NCBI RefSeq assembly: GCF_000186885.1 | Contig: NC_014972.1 | Coordinates: 1,650,001-1,682,000 of the forward strand | Origin: Desulfobulbus propionicus DSM 2032 | Lineage (GTDB): Bacteria > Desulfobacterota > Desulfobulbia > Desulfobulbales > Desulfobulbaceae | Length of the DNA: 32,000 nt | Reading direction: 5' to 3' | Part shown: one piece after another, positions 1 to 8,529 of the stretch | Position numbering within the stretch: position 1 is the stretch's first letter | Layout: each line of letters begins with the position of its first letter | Position numbers and translations under genes: made by a program | Notes under the pieces: model-generated | What the model was told of the DNA's origin: nothing | Databases searched by the model: none | What the model saw: only the letters and a program-made list of their open reading frames with translations

Positions 1-88
1 GAGCGGGGTGATCAATACCTACGCCCTGGGCAACACGCCGGTGGAAATGGTCAATGGCTCCGGCGGCCTGCTCAGCCGGCTGCACGAT
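1..88 (+). repeat. Direct repeat copy A (88 bp), second copy at 2373-2460
   Basis: gagcggggtgatcaatacctacgccctgggcaacacgccggtggaaatggtcaatggctccggcggcctgctcagccggctgcacgat; 3 mismatches to 2373-2460 by eye. Confidence 0.95.
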
Positions 89-979
89 CCCCATCCCTCC
101 CGCTGGCACGGGACGCCACCGCAATACCGGCCACTATTGGCCCTGGCCTCGGAGTCGCTGGCCGGGATGCTGACCACCACGTCAACCCCGGTTACCGCCA
201 CGCCCCAGGTGGTCTATTATCTCAACGATCACTTGGGCACAGCGCAACTGCTCGTCGACGCCGCAGGGACCGTGATCTGGCAGGGCGACACCCAGCCCTT
301 TGGCCAGGTGACCGAGGTGATCAACCAGATCGATCACCGATTCCGCTTCCCCGGCCAGATGGTTGATCCTGAGAGCGGGTTGTATTACAACTGGCACAGG
401 TTTTATGATCCTTCCACGGGGAGGTACCTATCCGCTGACCTGATTGGGTTGAATGGGGGGATTAATCTCTTTGCTTATGTTGGTGGCGATCCGGTGAATT
501 TGATCGATTTAGAGGGACTTGCTGGTTGCAAGGTACTGTTTCCCAACATGCCTATTGATACAGGTATGGGTTTTACATCAACAAGTCTTGGAGGTCACGG
601 AGGAATTCTTACCTATGATACCAATGGTACAACTAAGTATTACGAGTATGGGCGTTATCCAGCGAGCCAAGCTGTTGGATCAGGCTTGCCTTCAGATGAA
701 GGCAATGTTCGTCGACTTAGCGTACCCAACCTACAGCTAGATAAAAACGGTCAACCAACCCCTGAGTCACTGGCGGCATTGAAAGAGTTTCTTGAGAAAA
801 AAGCTGGGAAGGATACAGATTCTGAGTTGACTTGTGACGCTAATGCTGATGAGAAAAAAATTCTTGATTATATTGATAAAATTTCCAAAGATCCGAAGCG
901 ACCTAAATATAAATGGAATCCATGGAACAGTAATCATTGTCGCGATTTTGCTACACGGGCATATAATTCAGGGCGATAA
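2..979 (+). CDS. RHS repeat-associated core domain protein, C-terminal part (5' truncated by window edge) with variable toxin-like C-terminal tip
   Basis: Classic RHS core: YYLNDHLGTAQLLVDAAGTVIWQGDTQPFGQ...FRFPGQMVDPESGLYYNWHRFYDPSTGRYLSADLIGLNGGINLFAYVGGDPVNLIDLEGLAG, followed by a divergent tip (GGHGGILTYDTNGTTKYYEYGRY...WNSNHCRDFATRAY). The Met at 8 is probably internal; the frame is open to the left edge. Confidence 0.9.
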   Translation, partial: SGVINTYALGNTPVEMVNGSGGLLSRLHDPHPSRWHGTPPQYRPLLALASESLAGMLTTTSTPVTATPQVVYYLNDHLGTAQLLVDAAGTVIWQGDTQPFGQVTEVINQIDHRFRFPGQMVDPESGLYYNWHRFYDPSTGRYLSADLIGLNGGINLFAYVGGDPVNLIDLEGLAGCKVLFPNMPIDTGMGFTSTSLGGHGGILTYDTNGTTKYYEYGRYPASQAVGSGLPSDEGNVRRLSVPNLQLDKNGQPTPESLAALKEFLEKKAGKDTDSELTCDANADEKKILDYIDKISKDPKRPKYKWNPWNSNHCRDFATRAYNSGR

Positions 980-981
980 AC

Positions 982-1323
982 ATGAAGAAATTGACGCTGT
1001 TTCTTTTGCTTTCTCTATCTGTTAGTATAATTTGCTGTGCTTTTTTTGCCTATTTTTGGATAGATAGGTCTATCTCTCTTGACTATCTCCAACAATCTTA
1101 TGAAACTGAGCGAAGTTCTGTAGCAAATTTACAAAAATTAATTGCTTCGGAATGGAAGGGTTTACCTGAAGGGCAAGTACAAAAAAAACTAGAGCAAGTA
1201 GCAGCTAAATCGCCAGAACGTCGCATTGTTGTAAAAAAAGAGGGTTCGATCATTTGGTTCGATCAGGTTCCTTTCAATATCGAGCAAGGAAGACTCGATA
1301 GCGTGGGGCCAAGTACTCGTTAA
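982..1323 (+). CDS. small membrane-anchored protein, candidate cognate immunity protein (Imm58-like by recollection of motif WIDRSISLDY)
   Basis: Starts 2 nt after the RHS stop; N-terminal hydrophobic segment MKKLTLFLLLSLSVSIICCAFFAYFWIDRSISLDYLQQ; position typical of RHS immunity genes. Confidence 0.6.
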   Translation: MKKLTLFLLLSLSVSIICCAFFAYFWIDRSISLDYLQQSYETERSSVANLQKLIASEWKGLPEGQVQKKLEQVAAKSPERRIVVKKEGSIIWFDQVPFNIEQGRLDSVGPSTR

Positions 1324-1651
1324 CCTGTTATTTAGAGGAGTTCAGGGTAAACCCGATAAGGCGGGCACAGCCCCACCGTGGCCGCCGTTACTCATCTTTC
1401 CCCCCTCGCGCGGCGACAAGCCACGGGCAATATTCTCAATCGCCATTCCCCAGGCGTGTAGGTATAGGGGGAGATCTTGAACCTTGAATCGTTCCAGAGA
1501 GTCTTCTCTGCATGACCCAACCACTCCGCATAGAACCGCCTGACGTCGCAGACCTTGCCCAAAGCAAGATAACGTCTATACGGTGTGTTGCAACGTACGC
1601 AACAAGCAGGCCGGGCTTGTCGATGCCGCACGATAAGGGGACACATTTATT

Positions 1652-2490
1652 TCCTCGGCCTCCGGCTCCTACCTCAATCAGTCGGTCACCACCTCCAGCA
1701 CCGGCGAGGCGGCGTACAACCTGGCCGATGGCAGTTACCGGGTCACGGCCAACTATCCGGGGTATGAATACAGCACCGATCCGTTCACCGTCCCCCTGGT
1801 CGCCTCCCAGGCCCTGGCTATTCCCCACCTGGCCCACACGGTCTCGGTGGTCCGGAGCTACCAGAACAACCGCGTGGCCTTGGCCAACATCGAGGCCACG
1901 CTGTGCACTGTGGACGGTACCCCCCTGGCGCTCACCGCCGCCACCGGAGCCGACGTCACCCTGCAATGGAGTCTTCCGGCACAGGCCTATGCGGTTCAGG
2001 CGCGCTATCTGGGGCGAACCTATCTCAGCGAGCCCTTCACCAGCGGCAACCCGACCGTGCTCATCCCCGAGGGCTTGGCCAGGATGACGCTGCTCCTGGG
2101 TGGGGCCGCCCTGCCCAACACCCAGGTGGTGGCGATCAGCGATAGCGATCCCGACCATCCCCAAAGCCTGACCAGCGATGCCAGCGGCGTGGCCTTCTTT
2201 GCGGTGGAGGCCGGGACCTATCGGGTCAAGGCCTGGCGTCTGGTGCGCTGTACACCAGTAAAGGAACGGCCCTGGGCCAGGAACTGAGCACCGGGGCCGA
2301 CGGCCAGGTCTGCTTCACCCTGCCCGAGAGCAGCTACAAGCTGCGTGTCGGCTACAACGATCAGCAGTTCTGGAGCGAGGTGATCAACACCTACGCCCTG
2401 GGCAACACGCCGGTGGAAATGGTCAATGGTTCCGGCGGCCTGCTCAGCCGGCTGCACGATTCCCAACCAGATCGACCACAGGTTCCGCTT
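1652..2490 (+). pseudogene. Decayed RHS-associated fragment (Ig-like/carboxypeptidase-regulatory-like repeats followed by truncated pre-core region)
   Basis: Frame 2 reads SSASGSYLNQSVTTSSTGEAAYNLADGSYRVTANYPGY...SGVAFFAVEAGTYRVKAWRL; the frame then changes near 2245-2255 to ...GTALGQELSTGADGQVCFTLPESSYKLRVGYNDQQFWSEVINTYALGNTPVEMVNGSGGLLSRLHD. This matches the start of the first RHS ORF, then breaks off. Confidence 0.75.
2373..2460 (+). repeat. Direct repeat copy B (88 bp) of 1-88
   Basis: gagcgaggtgatcaacacctacgccctgggcaacacgccggtggaaatggtcaatggttccggcggcctgctcagccggctgcacgat. Confidence 0.95.
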
Positions 2491-2622
2491 TTTCCTTCCA
2501 TGTTTGAGAGTTATTATGAATCACTGCTGTCTCATAAAAAATGAAGATAAGGAGGCTCGGAGAGCTGCTTGGCGGTATAATGATTTTGCATAAAGATCAT
2601 ACAAACCAAGGAGATCCGAGCC

Positions 2623-3755
2623 ATGGCCTATAGCGATACCGTCCTCAAGCAATTGCTTACACTTGTCCCAAGATATGAATTTGACACACTGGCTCAACTG
2701 CATCACGCGGGACAGAATTTCCGTTCCTACAACCGCTGGAGTCAATTCCTAGCCATGCTGATCGGCCAGCTTTCCGGCAGAAAAAGCCTCCGGGATATCA
2801 CCGATAATCTCATGGCACAGGGCAAGCGGCTCTATCATCTTGGTATGAAGCGAACCACTAAAGCAACCTTGGCTCGGGTCAACGCAGAGCAACCCGCTGC
2901 TCTCAAGCACTGTTCGCCAAGCTGCTGGACAGGTGCCAACTGGTAGCGCCCAAACACCGCTTCTCCTTCAAAGGCAAGCTGTACCTGCTTGATGCCACGG
3001 TGATCAACCTTTGCCTCGCCGCCTTTCCCTGGGCCGAATTCAGGCAGAAAAAGGGAGCCATCAAACTGCATGTCGGCCTGGATGCCGATGGGCATCTTCC
3101 GGTCTTCATGGACATGACCAAGGGGAAGGAACACGAGATCAACTGGGCCAGGACCCTGCAACTCCCCAAGGGCTCCTTTGTCTGCATTGATCGCGGCTTC
3201 ACCGATTACCGCTGGCACAGCGACCTGACCGCTAACGCCGTTTTCTTTGTTTCGCGGCTGAAAAGCAATGCCGATGTCCAATACCTGCTTAAACGGGCCG
3301 GGCGAAGGAGCGCTGGGATCACCAACGATCAGACCATCCGGCTCAAAGGGGTTGAGCAGCCGTTGCGTCTGGTCGCTTATACCGACCCGGCGACCGGCAT
3401 CGAGTATCGGTTTGTCACCAACGCCCACCACCTGAAAGCCAAGGAGATCACCCAAATCTACAAAGAGCGCTGGCAGATCGAATTGTTTTTCAAATGGATC
3501 AAGCAAAACCTGAAGATCAAGACTTTCCTCGGCACCACAAGCAACGCGGTGTTGACCCAGGTTTGGATTGCCCTCTGTGTCTACCTCATGCTGGCTTACC
3601 TGAAATTCAAAGCCAAATTAGGCAATTCCATGCAACAGATACTTCGCCTACTACAACTCAACCTCTTCGCGAGAAGAGATTTGATCGAATTGTTTAAACC
3701 TCCATCAACTCAAACAACTGTTTCTCCACAAATTTTACTGTGGAGAAATTTATGA
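2623..3755 (+). pseudogene. IS4-family transposase, split by a frameshift
   Basis: Frame 1 (2623-2946) MAYSDTVLKQLLTLVPRYEFDTLAQLHHAGQNFRSYNRWSQFLAMLIGQLSGRKSLRDI; frame 0 from about 2901 reads SQALFAKLLDRCQLVAPKHRFSFKGKLYLLDATVINLCLAAFPWAEFRQKKGAIKLH...YKERWQIELFFKWIKQNLKIKTFLGTT. Confidence 0.85.
3721..3748. repeat. Perfect 10-bp stem, 8-nt loop hairpin next to the IS right end
   Basis: tttctccaca-aattttac-tgtggagaaa. Confidence 0.8.
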
Positions 3756-3768
3756 GACAGCAGTGATT

Positions 3769-4134
3769 ATGAATATTGCCCTAACGACAACCGGTTCCAC
3801 GCTCGACAGCGCGGTGACTGATGAATTTGCCCGCGCACTTTATTTGCTCCTTGTCAATGTCGAAACCATGACCTGCATTCCCATCGAACATACCATGTCC
3901 CCTGGTTCTGACTGTGAACTGGCCCGGATCGTCTTAACTCATCGTTGCGAAGCGATTATCACCGGCACATTGACCGAGGCGGCCTTTGCCATCCTCGCTG
4001 ACGACGGGGTGACCCGCTATCGGGCAAGAAACATGACCGCACGGGAGGCTTTGGACGCAATGGAAAGAAGAGAGCTGGATCTGATTCGCAATGCGGACGG
4101 CTCGGGTGCATGTTCGGGAAGCCATCATCATTGA
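3769..4134 (+). CDS. NifX/NifB-like dinitrogenase iron-molybdenum cofactor biosynthesis domain protein
   Basis: MNIALTTTGSTLDSAVTDEFARALYLLLVNVETMTCIPIEHT...CEAIITGTLTEAAFAILADDGVTRYRA; ATG at 3769 is the likely native start. Confidence 0.7.
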   Translation: MNIALTTTGSTLDSAVTDEFARALYLLLVNVETMTCIPIEHTMSPGSDCELARIVLTHRCEAIITGTLTEAAFAILADDGVTRYRARNMTAREALDAMERRELDLIRNADGSGACSGSHHH

Positions 4135-4218
4135 TTAACCCTCCCCGCAACCTGTCCGTAATGAAGGGAACGACTGCGTGGCAATCGCTTTCTTTTTTCA
4201 GGAGGGGTTACGGGGGCG

Positions 4219-5649
4219 TCATTTTACACCCGCTGCACTCGGCTGATTCCGTTGGGCGTGTTCTTTATCGGGCACAGGGAGCAGGAGCATCCCGTCCAGT
4301 CGGTCAAGGGTCGTCCCTTTTGACAAGGACAATTCCTTGCCAGCCTCCAAGGTGCTTACAATGGTCCTGCCGATGATGAATTTCTGCTCGGGGCAGTTGG
4401 TGGGCCTGTAGGCCAGCCCCCAGGCGGTATGCAAGATGACCGGCTTGCTGTTGTGGAGACCCACGTACAGCATGATATGGCCTTTATGATGGAGAAGGGT
4501 TCGAAAGGGGATGCCCTGCTCTCGGATGCGGAGTTCCTTGTCGCTGGTGGAGAGACCCGCCAGCGGCACAAACGGGCCTGAAGTAATCTGTTTGTACGAA
4601 TTGCGCGGCAACCAGATGCCGAAGGCAAGGAAGAAGTCTCTGGTGGTGGCCGAGCAGTCGCGGTTTCGGTACAGCTCGCCCCAGCCGTAGTCGGTTTTGA
4701 GGAGTTCGTTGCCGATGAGCGTCACATTTTCGGAGTTGAGCGGCAACGGATGGCGGCGGGCGTCATTCTTGGCGATGCGCGCTGTGGCGAGGGTGGCATG
4801 TTGATCGTCGCCAACTACCGCCACATCGACCAGCCAATGATCGGCCTCTTCCTTCACCAATGGGTAGAGGGTGCCGATTTTCGGCTGGGGCAAGATCTTG
4901 CTCTGTGTGGTCTGAATCGATGAATAGTCCCTGACGACAACGAGTTGCGGTGCATTGGCCAACCGGTTTCGCACCGATTCATCGACCAGCCTGATGGCCT
5001 CGGGATCCACCCACCCGTTGGCATAGGACGTTTCGATGTACAACCAAGCGCCATCCGTGGTTGCATGCAGGAGGCGAACAGGTTCGTTGGGCTTGATTTC
5101 TGCGAACTGGAGATGGTCAAAGGGAACGTCGTCCGGGGTTTCGTAAAACGGCCTCATGGTGGGCAGGATTCGGATGAACGAGGGTTTGATCGCGATCCCC
5201 AATTGATTCATGGAAGGAAAACGCTCCAAGTCAGCAAGAGCCAAGAGATGCTGCATGCGGGTTGGCTCAACGATCAGCCGATTCTCCCCATACCATGTTT
5301 GTGCGGCGAGCTGCCTGACCCCCTCGGCCACTGTCGTGGTCTCGAAAAGTGGTGCGGTCGTTGTCCATGGAGTAAAATATTGCTGATGAAATTGCCGCGC
5401 TGCCTGGCGCTGCTCATCGGCACGCATGGTTTGCTTGAACACCGCGGCGAATGGACCGATGTCCTGGGGGATGGTCTGCAAATCGTTGATCGTGGTACTG
5501 GTCGCAAGCGTCTGCGGACAGGTCGCTTTTTCGGGAGACGAGGCGCGCTGCCGCGGAGACGGTCGATCCCAATGCAATAGTGAGACGGCCCAGATGAAGA
5601 GCGCCAGGGTTACGGCGGCAATCAACCAGGTGCTGAGCAAGCGGTTCAT
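4219..5649 (-). CDS. SH3b domain-containing NlpC/P60-type cell-wall hydrolase
   Basis: N-terminal membrane anchor, SH3b-like region, then DYGWGELYRNRDCSATTRDFFLAFGIWLPRNSYKQ...GHIMLYVGLHNSKPVILHTAWG (Cys/His catalytic motifs). Confidence 0.85.
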   Translation of the reverse strand: MNRLLSTWLIAAVTLALFIWAVSLLHWDRPSPRQRASSPEKATCPQTLATSTTINDLQTIPQDIGPFAAVFKQTMRADEQRQAARQFHQQYFTPWTTTAPLFETTTVAEGVRQLAAQTWYGENRLIVEPTRMQHLLALADLERFPSMNQLGIAIKPSFIRILPTMRPFYETPDDVPFDHLQFAEIKPNEPVRLLHATTDGAWLYIETSYANGWVDPEAIRLVDESVRNRLANAPQLVVVRDYSSIQTTQSKILPQPKIGTLYPLVKEEADHWLVDVAVVGDDQHATLATARIAKNDARRHPLPLNSENVTLIGNELLKTDYGWGELYRNRDCSATTRDFFLAFGIWLPRNSYKQITSGPFVPLAGLSTSDKELRIREQGIPFRTLLHHKGHIMLYVGLHNSKPVILHTAWGLAYRPTNCPEQKFIIGRTIVSTLEAGKELSLSKGTTLDRLDGMLLLPVPDKEHAQRNQPSAAGVK

Positions 5650-5814
5650 GCCATTCTTGTGTGCATAAAAGGAGGAAAGGGCGGCTGAAAGGCGACAACG
5701 GCGCGTTCTAGTCGAAGCGCCCGGCTGTCATCCGTTACAAGATGCAAGGGCACGCGATCAACGGCTCTGCAATGAAAAAAGCAGGGCAAGCTACCCGGAC
5801 GATTGTCGAGGCTG

Positions 5815-6276
5815 TCAGTCACGGATCGTCCTTTTTTGCTCCGCTGCATCGTCGTTCGGCCGCGCCCGGCAGCCAAAGGCACTTCGCAACAACTGCTTCA
5901 CGGCATGGCGATCGCCAGCGGTCAGGGAGACGATTTTCGCGCCCGTCTGCATGAGGGCCATGGTCAGCAAGGCGCTCAGCAGCACGCCGAAGCAGTAAAT
6001 GAGCAAGGCGATGAGGTTGGCCAGGGGAATGGTTCGTTCGGTCAGCTTGATATCGAACGCCTTGCCGCCGAAGCTTGTCGCCAACTGCGCAATGGGATCG
6101 GTCAGGGAAGCCGGGGTGTGCAGCAGGGTAAAAATGAGCCGAAACACGTCAACGGCATAGTTGAGCCCGATGACGATCACCGCCAAGCCGATACAGGTGG
6201 CCAGAAGACTGATCATCTTTTTCAAGGTTTCCACTCCGGACACCGCGTTTTCTCTCTGTTCCGATAACACCTTCAT
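5815..6276 (-). CDS. Hypothetical membrane protein, 153 aa, with 2-3 predicted TM segments
   Basis: MKVLSEQRENAVSGVETLKKMISLLATCIGLAVIVIGLNYAVDVFRLIFTLL...NLIALLIYCFGVLLSALLTMALMQTGAKI; start chosen at 6276 instead of the 7710 start of the track ORF. Confidence 0.65.
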   Translation of the reverse strand: MKVLSEQRENAVSGVETLKKMISLLATCIGLAVIVIGLNYAVDVFRLIFTLLHTPASLTDPIAQLATSFGGKAFDIKLTERTIPLANLIALLIYCFGVLLSALLTMALMQTGAKIVSLTAGDRHAVKQLLRSAFGCRARPNDDAAEQKRTIRD

Positions 6277-6309
6277 CACCTCCGTCGAACCGGTATTGAG
6301 GAAAAAAGA

Positions 6310-6732
6310 ATGGAATTGGACATACGTTTGAACTGCCTCGATGTGGACTGGGCAACTGTCGCCGCAACTCTCAAAAGCGTCGGGATGGCGCATTTTCCGC
6401 CCGAGGTGCACAAAAAATCGTTTGAAGCCAGTCATGCCACCGTCTTTGTCCGGAACAAGGGCCGGCTCGTCGGCTTTGGCCGGGCCATTTCCGATGGGAT
6501 TCGCCAGGCCGCGGTCTATGATGTCGCGGTGGTTCCCGAATATCAAGGGCAGGGGATCGGCACGGTGATCCTGCGAACTATCCTGGGGAATGTGCCAAAT
6601 TGCAATGTCATTTTGTATGCATCCCCCGGCAAGGAGGATTTTTATCGCACCCTCGGGTTTCGGCGGATGCAAACGGGCATGGCCCTGTTCACGAACCCCG
6701 AGTTGATGGCGGAGAAGGGATTCACCGAATAG
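6310..6732 (+). CDS. GNAT family N-acetyltransferase
   Basis: VYDVAVVPEYQGQGIGTVILRTIL...NVILYASPGKEDFYRTLGFRRMQTGM. Confidence 0.9.
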   Translation: MELDIRLNCLDVDWATVAATLKSVGMAHFPPEVHKKSFEASHATVFVRNKGRLVGFGRAISDGIRQAAVYDVAVVPEYQGQGIGTVILRTILGNVPNCNVILYASPGKEDFYRTLGFRRMQTGMALFTNPELMAEKGFTE

Positions 6733-6897
6733 CGCTTCCGGCGGGCCCGCGCATTTGGGCGGGAAGGAATCGGGCGTTGCCGCGCGGTCGCCAACAGCCT
6801 CTTCGCCCTGGCGGGTCTTGGCCGCGTATATTATAGTGCGCCGCCCCGCCAGTTCTGATCGCCGCTGGCCAAACAACCGCCAAGGAGTGCCGTTTCC

Positions 6898-8499
6898 ATG
6901 TCCCCCCTGTTGTTGACCCTGCTGCCCATTGCCGTCATTCTCATCCTTCTTCTGTTCTATCGCAAGGCCGCCGACATCAGCGGCGTCATCGGCTGGCTGG
7001 TGATCTCGCTGGTCGCCTGGGCCGGATTTCACACCTCGGTCGAGGTCATTCTTCGCTCGACCGCGGCCGGTCTCATTCGCTCCTTTTCCGTGTCGTTGAT
7101 CGTGGCCACCTCCTTGCTGCAGATGGCCATCATGGAGCGAACCGGGGCGCTGCGGCGGATCACCATTTTCATCAAGACCATTGCCAGCGGCAACCGGGCG
7201 GTGCAGATCATGATGATCAACATTGGCTTCGGCACCCTGATGGTGGCCGTCGGCGCCACCCCTGTCTCGATTCTGCCGCCGATTCTGGTGGCCATGGGAT
7301 ACTCCACCTATGTGGCCATTGCCCTGCCGGCCATTGGCTACGATTCGCTGTGCACCTACGCCCTGTTGGGCGCCCCACTTGTGGTTTTTGTCGATATCGC
7401 CAACCATTTTTTGGGCAACGGGCATGAGATTGCCCTCCACCAGGCCGGCATGATCTTTGCCCATTTTCTGCCGCTGGTGTCGACCCTGATCGGCTTTTGC
7501 ATGCTGTGGATCGCCGGCCGCTGGAAGGCGGTGCGCCGGGGATGGCTCCCTTGCCTGATCAGCGGCGCTGTGATCGGTGTCGTCTCCTCCTTCACCAACC
7601 GCTACGACAACCTGGTGGTGGTGACCGGGGTGCTCTGCGGCATGGCGGTTATTGTGGCCATGGGCGTTTATCTGCTGGTCACCGGGCGGCCGATTCTCGA
7701 TCGGCGGCATCTGACGGCCGAGGAACTCGCCTTGGCCAAACGGTATCCGCTGTGGCGGGCGGTCATGCCGTGGGCCATGCTCGTCGTCCTGATCCTGGTG
7801 CTCAATGTGCCGCAGGATCTATTCAACTGGCTGTACCGGACCATGAAACTGCCCATCATGGGGCTGACAGCCGATGGCCGGCCGCTGGACACCCGGGCGC
7901 TCTGGCAGGCCTACACCTGGATCCTGGTCAGCACCCTGTTGGCGCTTCCCTTTTTGCGGGCCACCGGCGGACAGCTCCGCGAGGCACTGGCGATCTGGCT
8001 CAAGCGGGCGCCGCGGCCGGTCTTTGCCGCCGCCATCTTTTTCGCGATCGGCGAGATCATGAACATGTCGGGTTATGACATGGCCACCCGGACCTATGCC
8101 GTGCCGAGCATGGTCAAGGTGCTGGCCGATAATTCGGCGGCACTGTTTCAGGGGGCCTACGGCCAGGTGGTCGCCTTTATCGGTCTGTTTGGCGGATTTC
8201 TGACCGGCAGCGAGGCCTCGACCATTGCCATGTTTGCCAAATACACCATGTCCACCGCCCGGAATCTGAACCTTTCCCTGGATGGCTTGCTCATCGTCAC
8301 CGCCGGACTGGCGTTTGGCGGCGGGCTTGCCAGCGTGGTTTCGCCGGCAAAGCTGCAGAACGCGGCCGCCTCCATCGACCGGATCGGTGACGAAGGCGTG
8401 GTGATCAGGGTTGCCTTTGTCTTTGCTCTCCTGCTGACGCTGATCACCTCTGTGTTTGTGGTGCTGCTCCTTTTGGTGAAAGGACAGTACGCCGCATGA
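6898..8499 (+). CDS. L-lactate permease family transporter (LctP-like)
   Basis: Polytopic; MINIGFGTLMVAVGATPVSILPPILVAMGYSTYVAIALPAIGYDSLCTYALLGAPLVVF and GLFGGFLTGSEASTIAMFAKYT...SPAKLQNAAASI. Confidence 0.8.
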   Translation: MSPLLLTLLPIAVILILLLFYRKAADISGVIGWLVISLVAWAGFHTSVEVILRSTAAGLIRSFSVSLIVATSLLQMAIMERTGALRRITIFIKTIASGNRAVQIMMINIGFGTLMVAVGATPVSILPPILVAMGYSTYVAIALPAIGYDSLCTYALLGAPLVVFVDIANHFLGNGHEIALHQAGMIFAHFLPLVSTLIGFCMLWIAGRWKAVRRGWLPCLISGAVIGVVSSFTNRYDNLVVVTGVLCGMAVIVAMGVYLLVTGRPILDRRHLTAEELALAKRYPLWRAVMPWAMLVVLILVLNVPQDLFNWLYRTMKLPIMGLTADGRPLDTRALWQAYTWILVSTLLALPFLRATGGQLREALAIWLKRAPRPVFAAAIFFAIGEIMNMSGYDMATRTYAVPSMVKVLADNSAALFQGAYGQVVAFIGLFGGFLTGSEASTIAMFAKYTMSTARNLNLSLDGLLIVTAGLAFGGGLASVVSPAKLQNAAASIDRIGDEGVVIRVAFVFALLLTLITSVFVVLLLLVKGQYAA

Positions 8500-8529
8500 C
8501 GAAGCTGAAATATCTCGCCTCCGTGGCTT

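Larger units (their letters stand above)
2521..3766 (+). mobile_element. IS4-family-like insertion sequence, 1246 bp, with 18-bp perfect terminal inverted repeats and 7-bp target site duplication
   Basis: Left end 2521-2538 tcactgctgtctcataaa is the exact reverse complement of right end 3749-3766 tttatgagacagcagtga; flanks ttatgaa at 2514-2520 and 3767-3773. Confidence 0.93.

Noticed and set aside
1392-1646. 84-aa minus-strand ORF (GKVCDVRRFYAEWLGHAEKTLWNDSRFKIS...)
   Set aside because: Sequence looks somewhat protein-like and could be a gene scar between RHS segments, but I cannot assign a family or support it.
6277-7710. N-terminal two-thirds of the 631-aa minus-strand track ORF (5815..7710)
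   Set aside because: Low-complexity His/Gln/Asp-rich shadow frame antisense to GNAT and lactate permease; only the part from 6276 down looks like a real protein.
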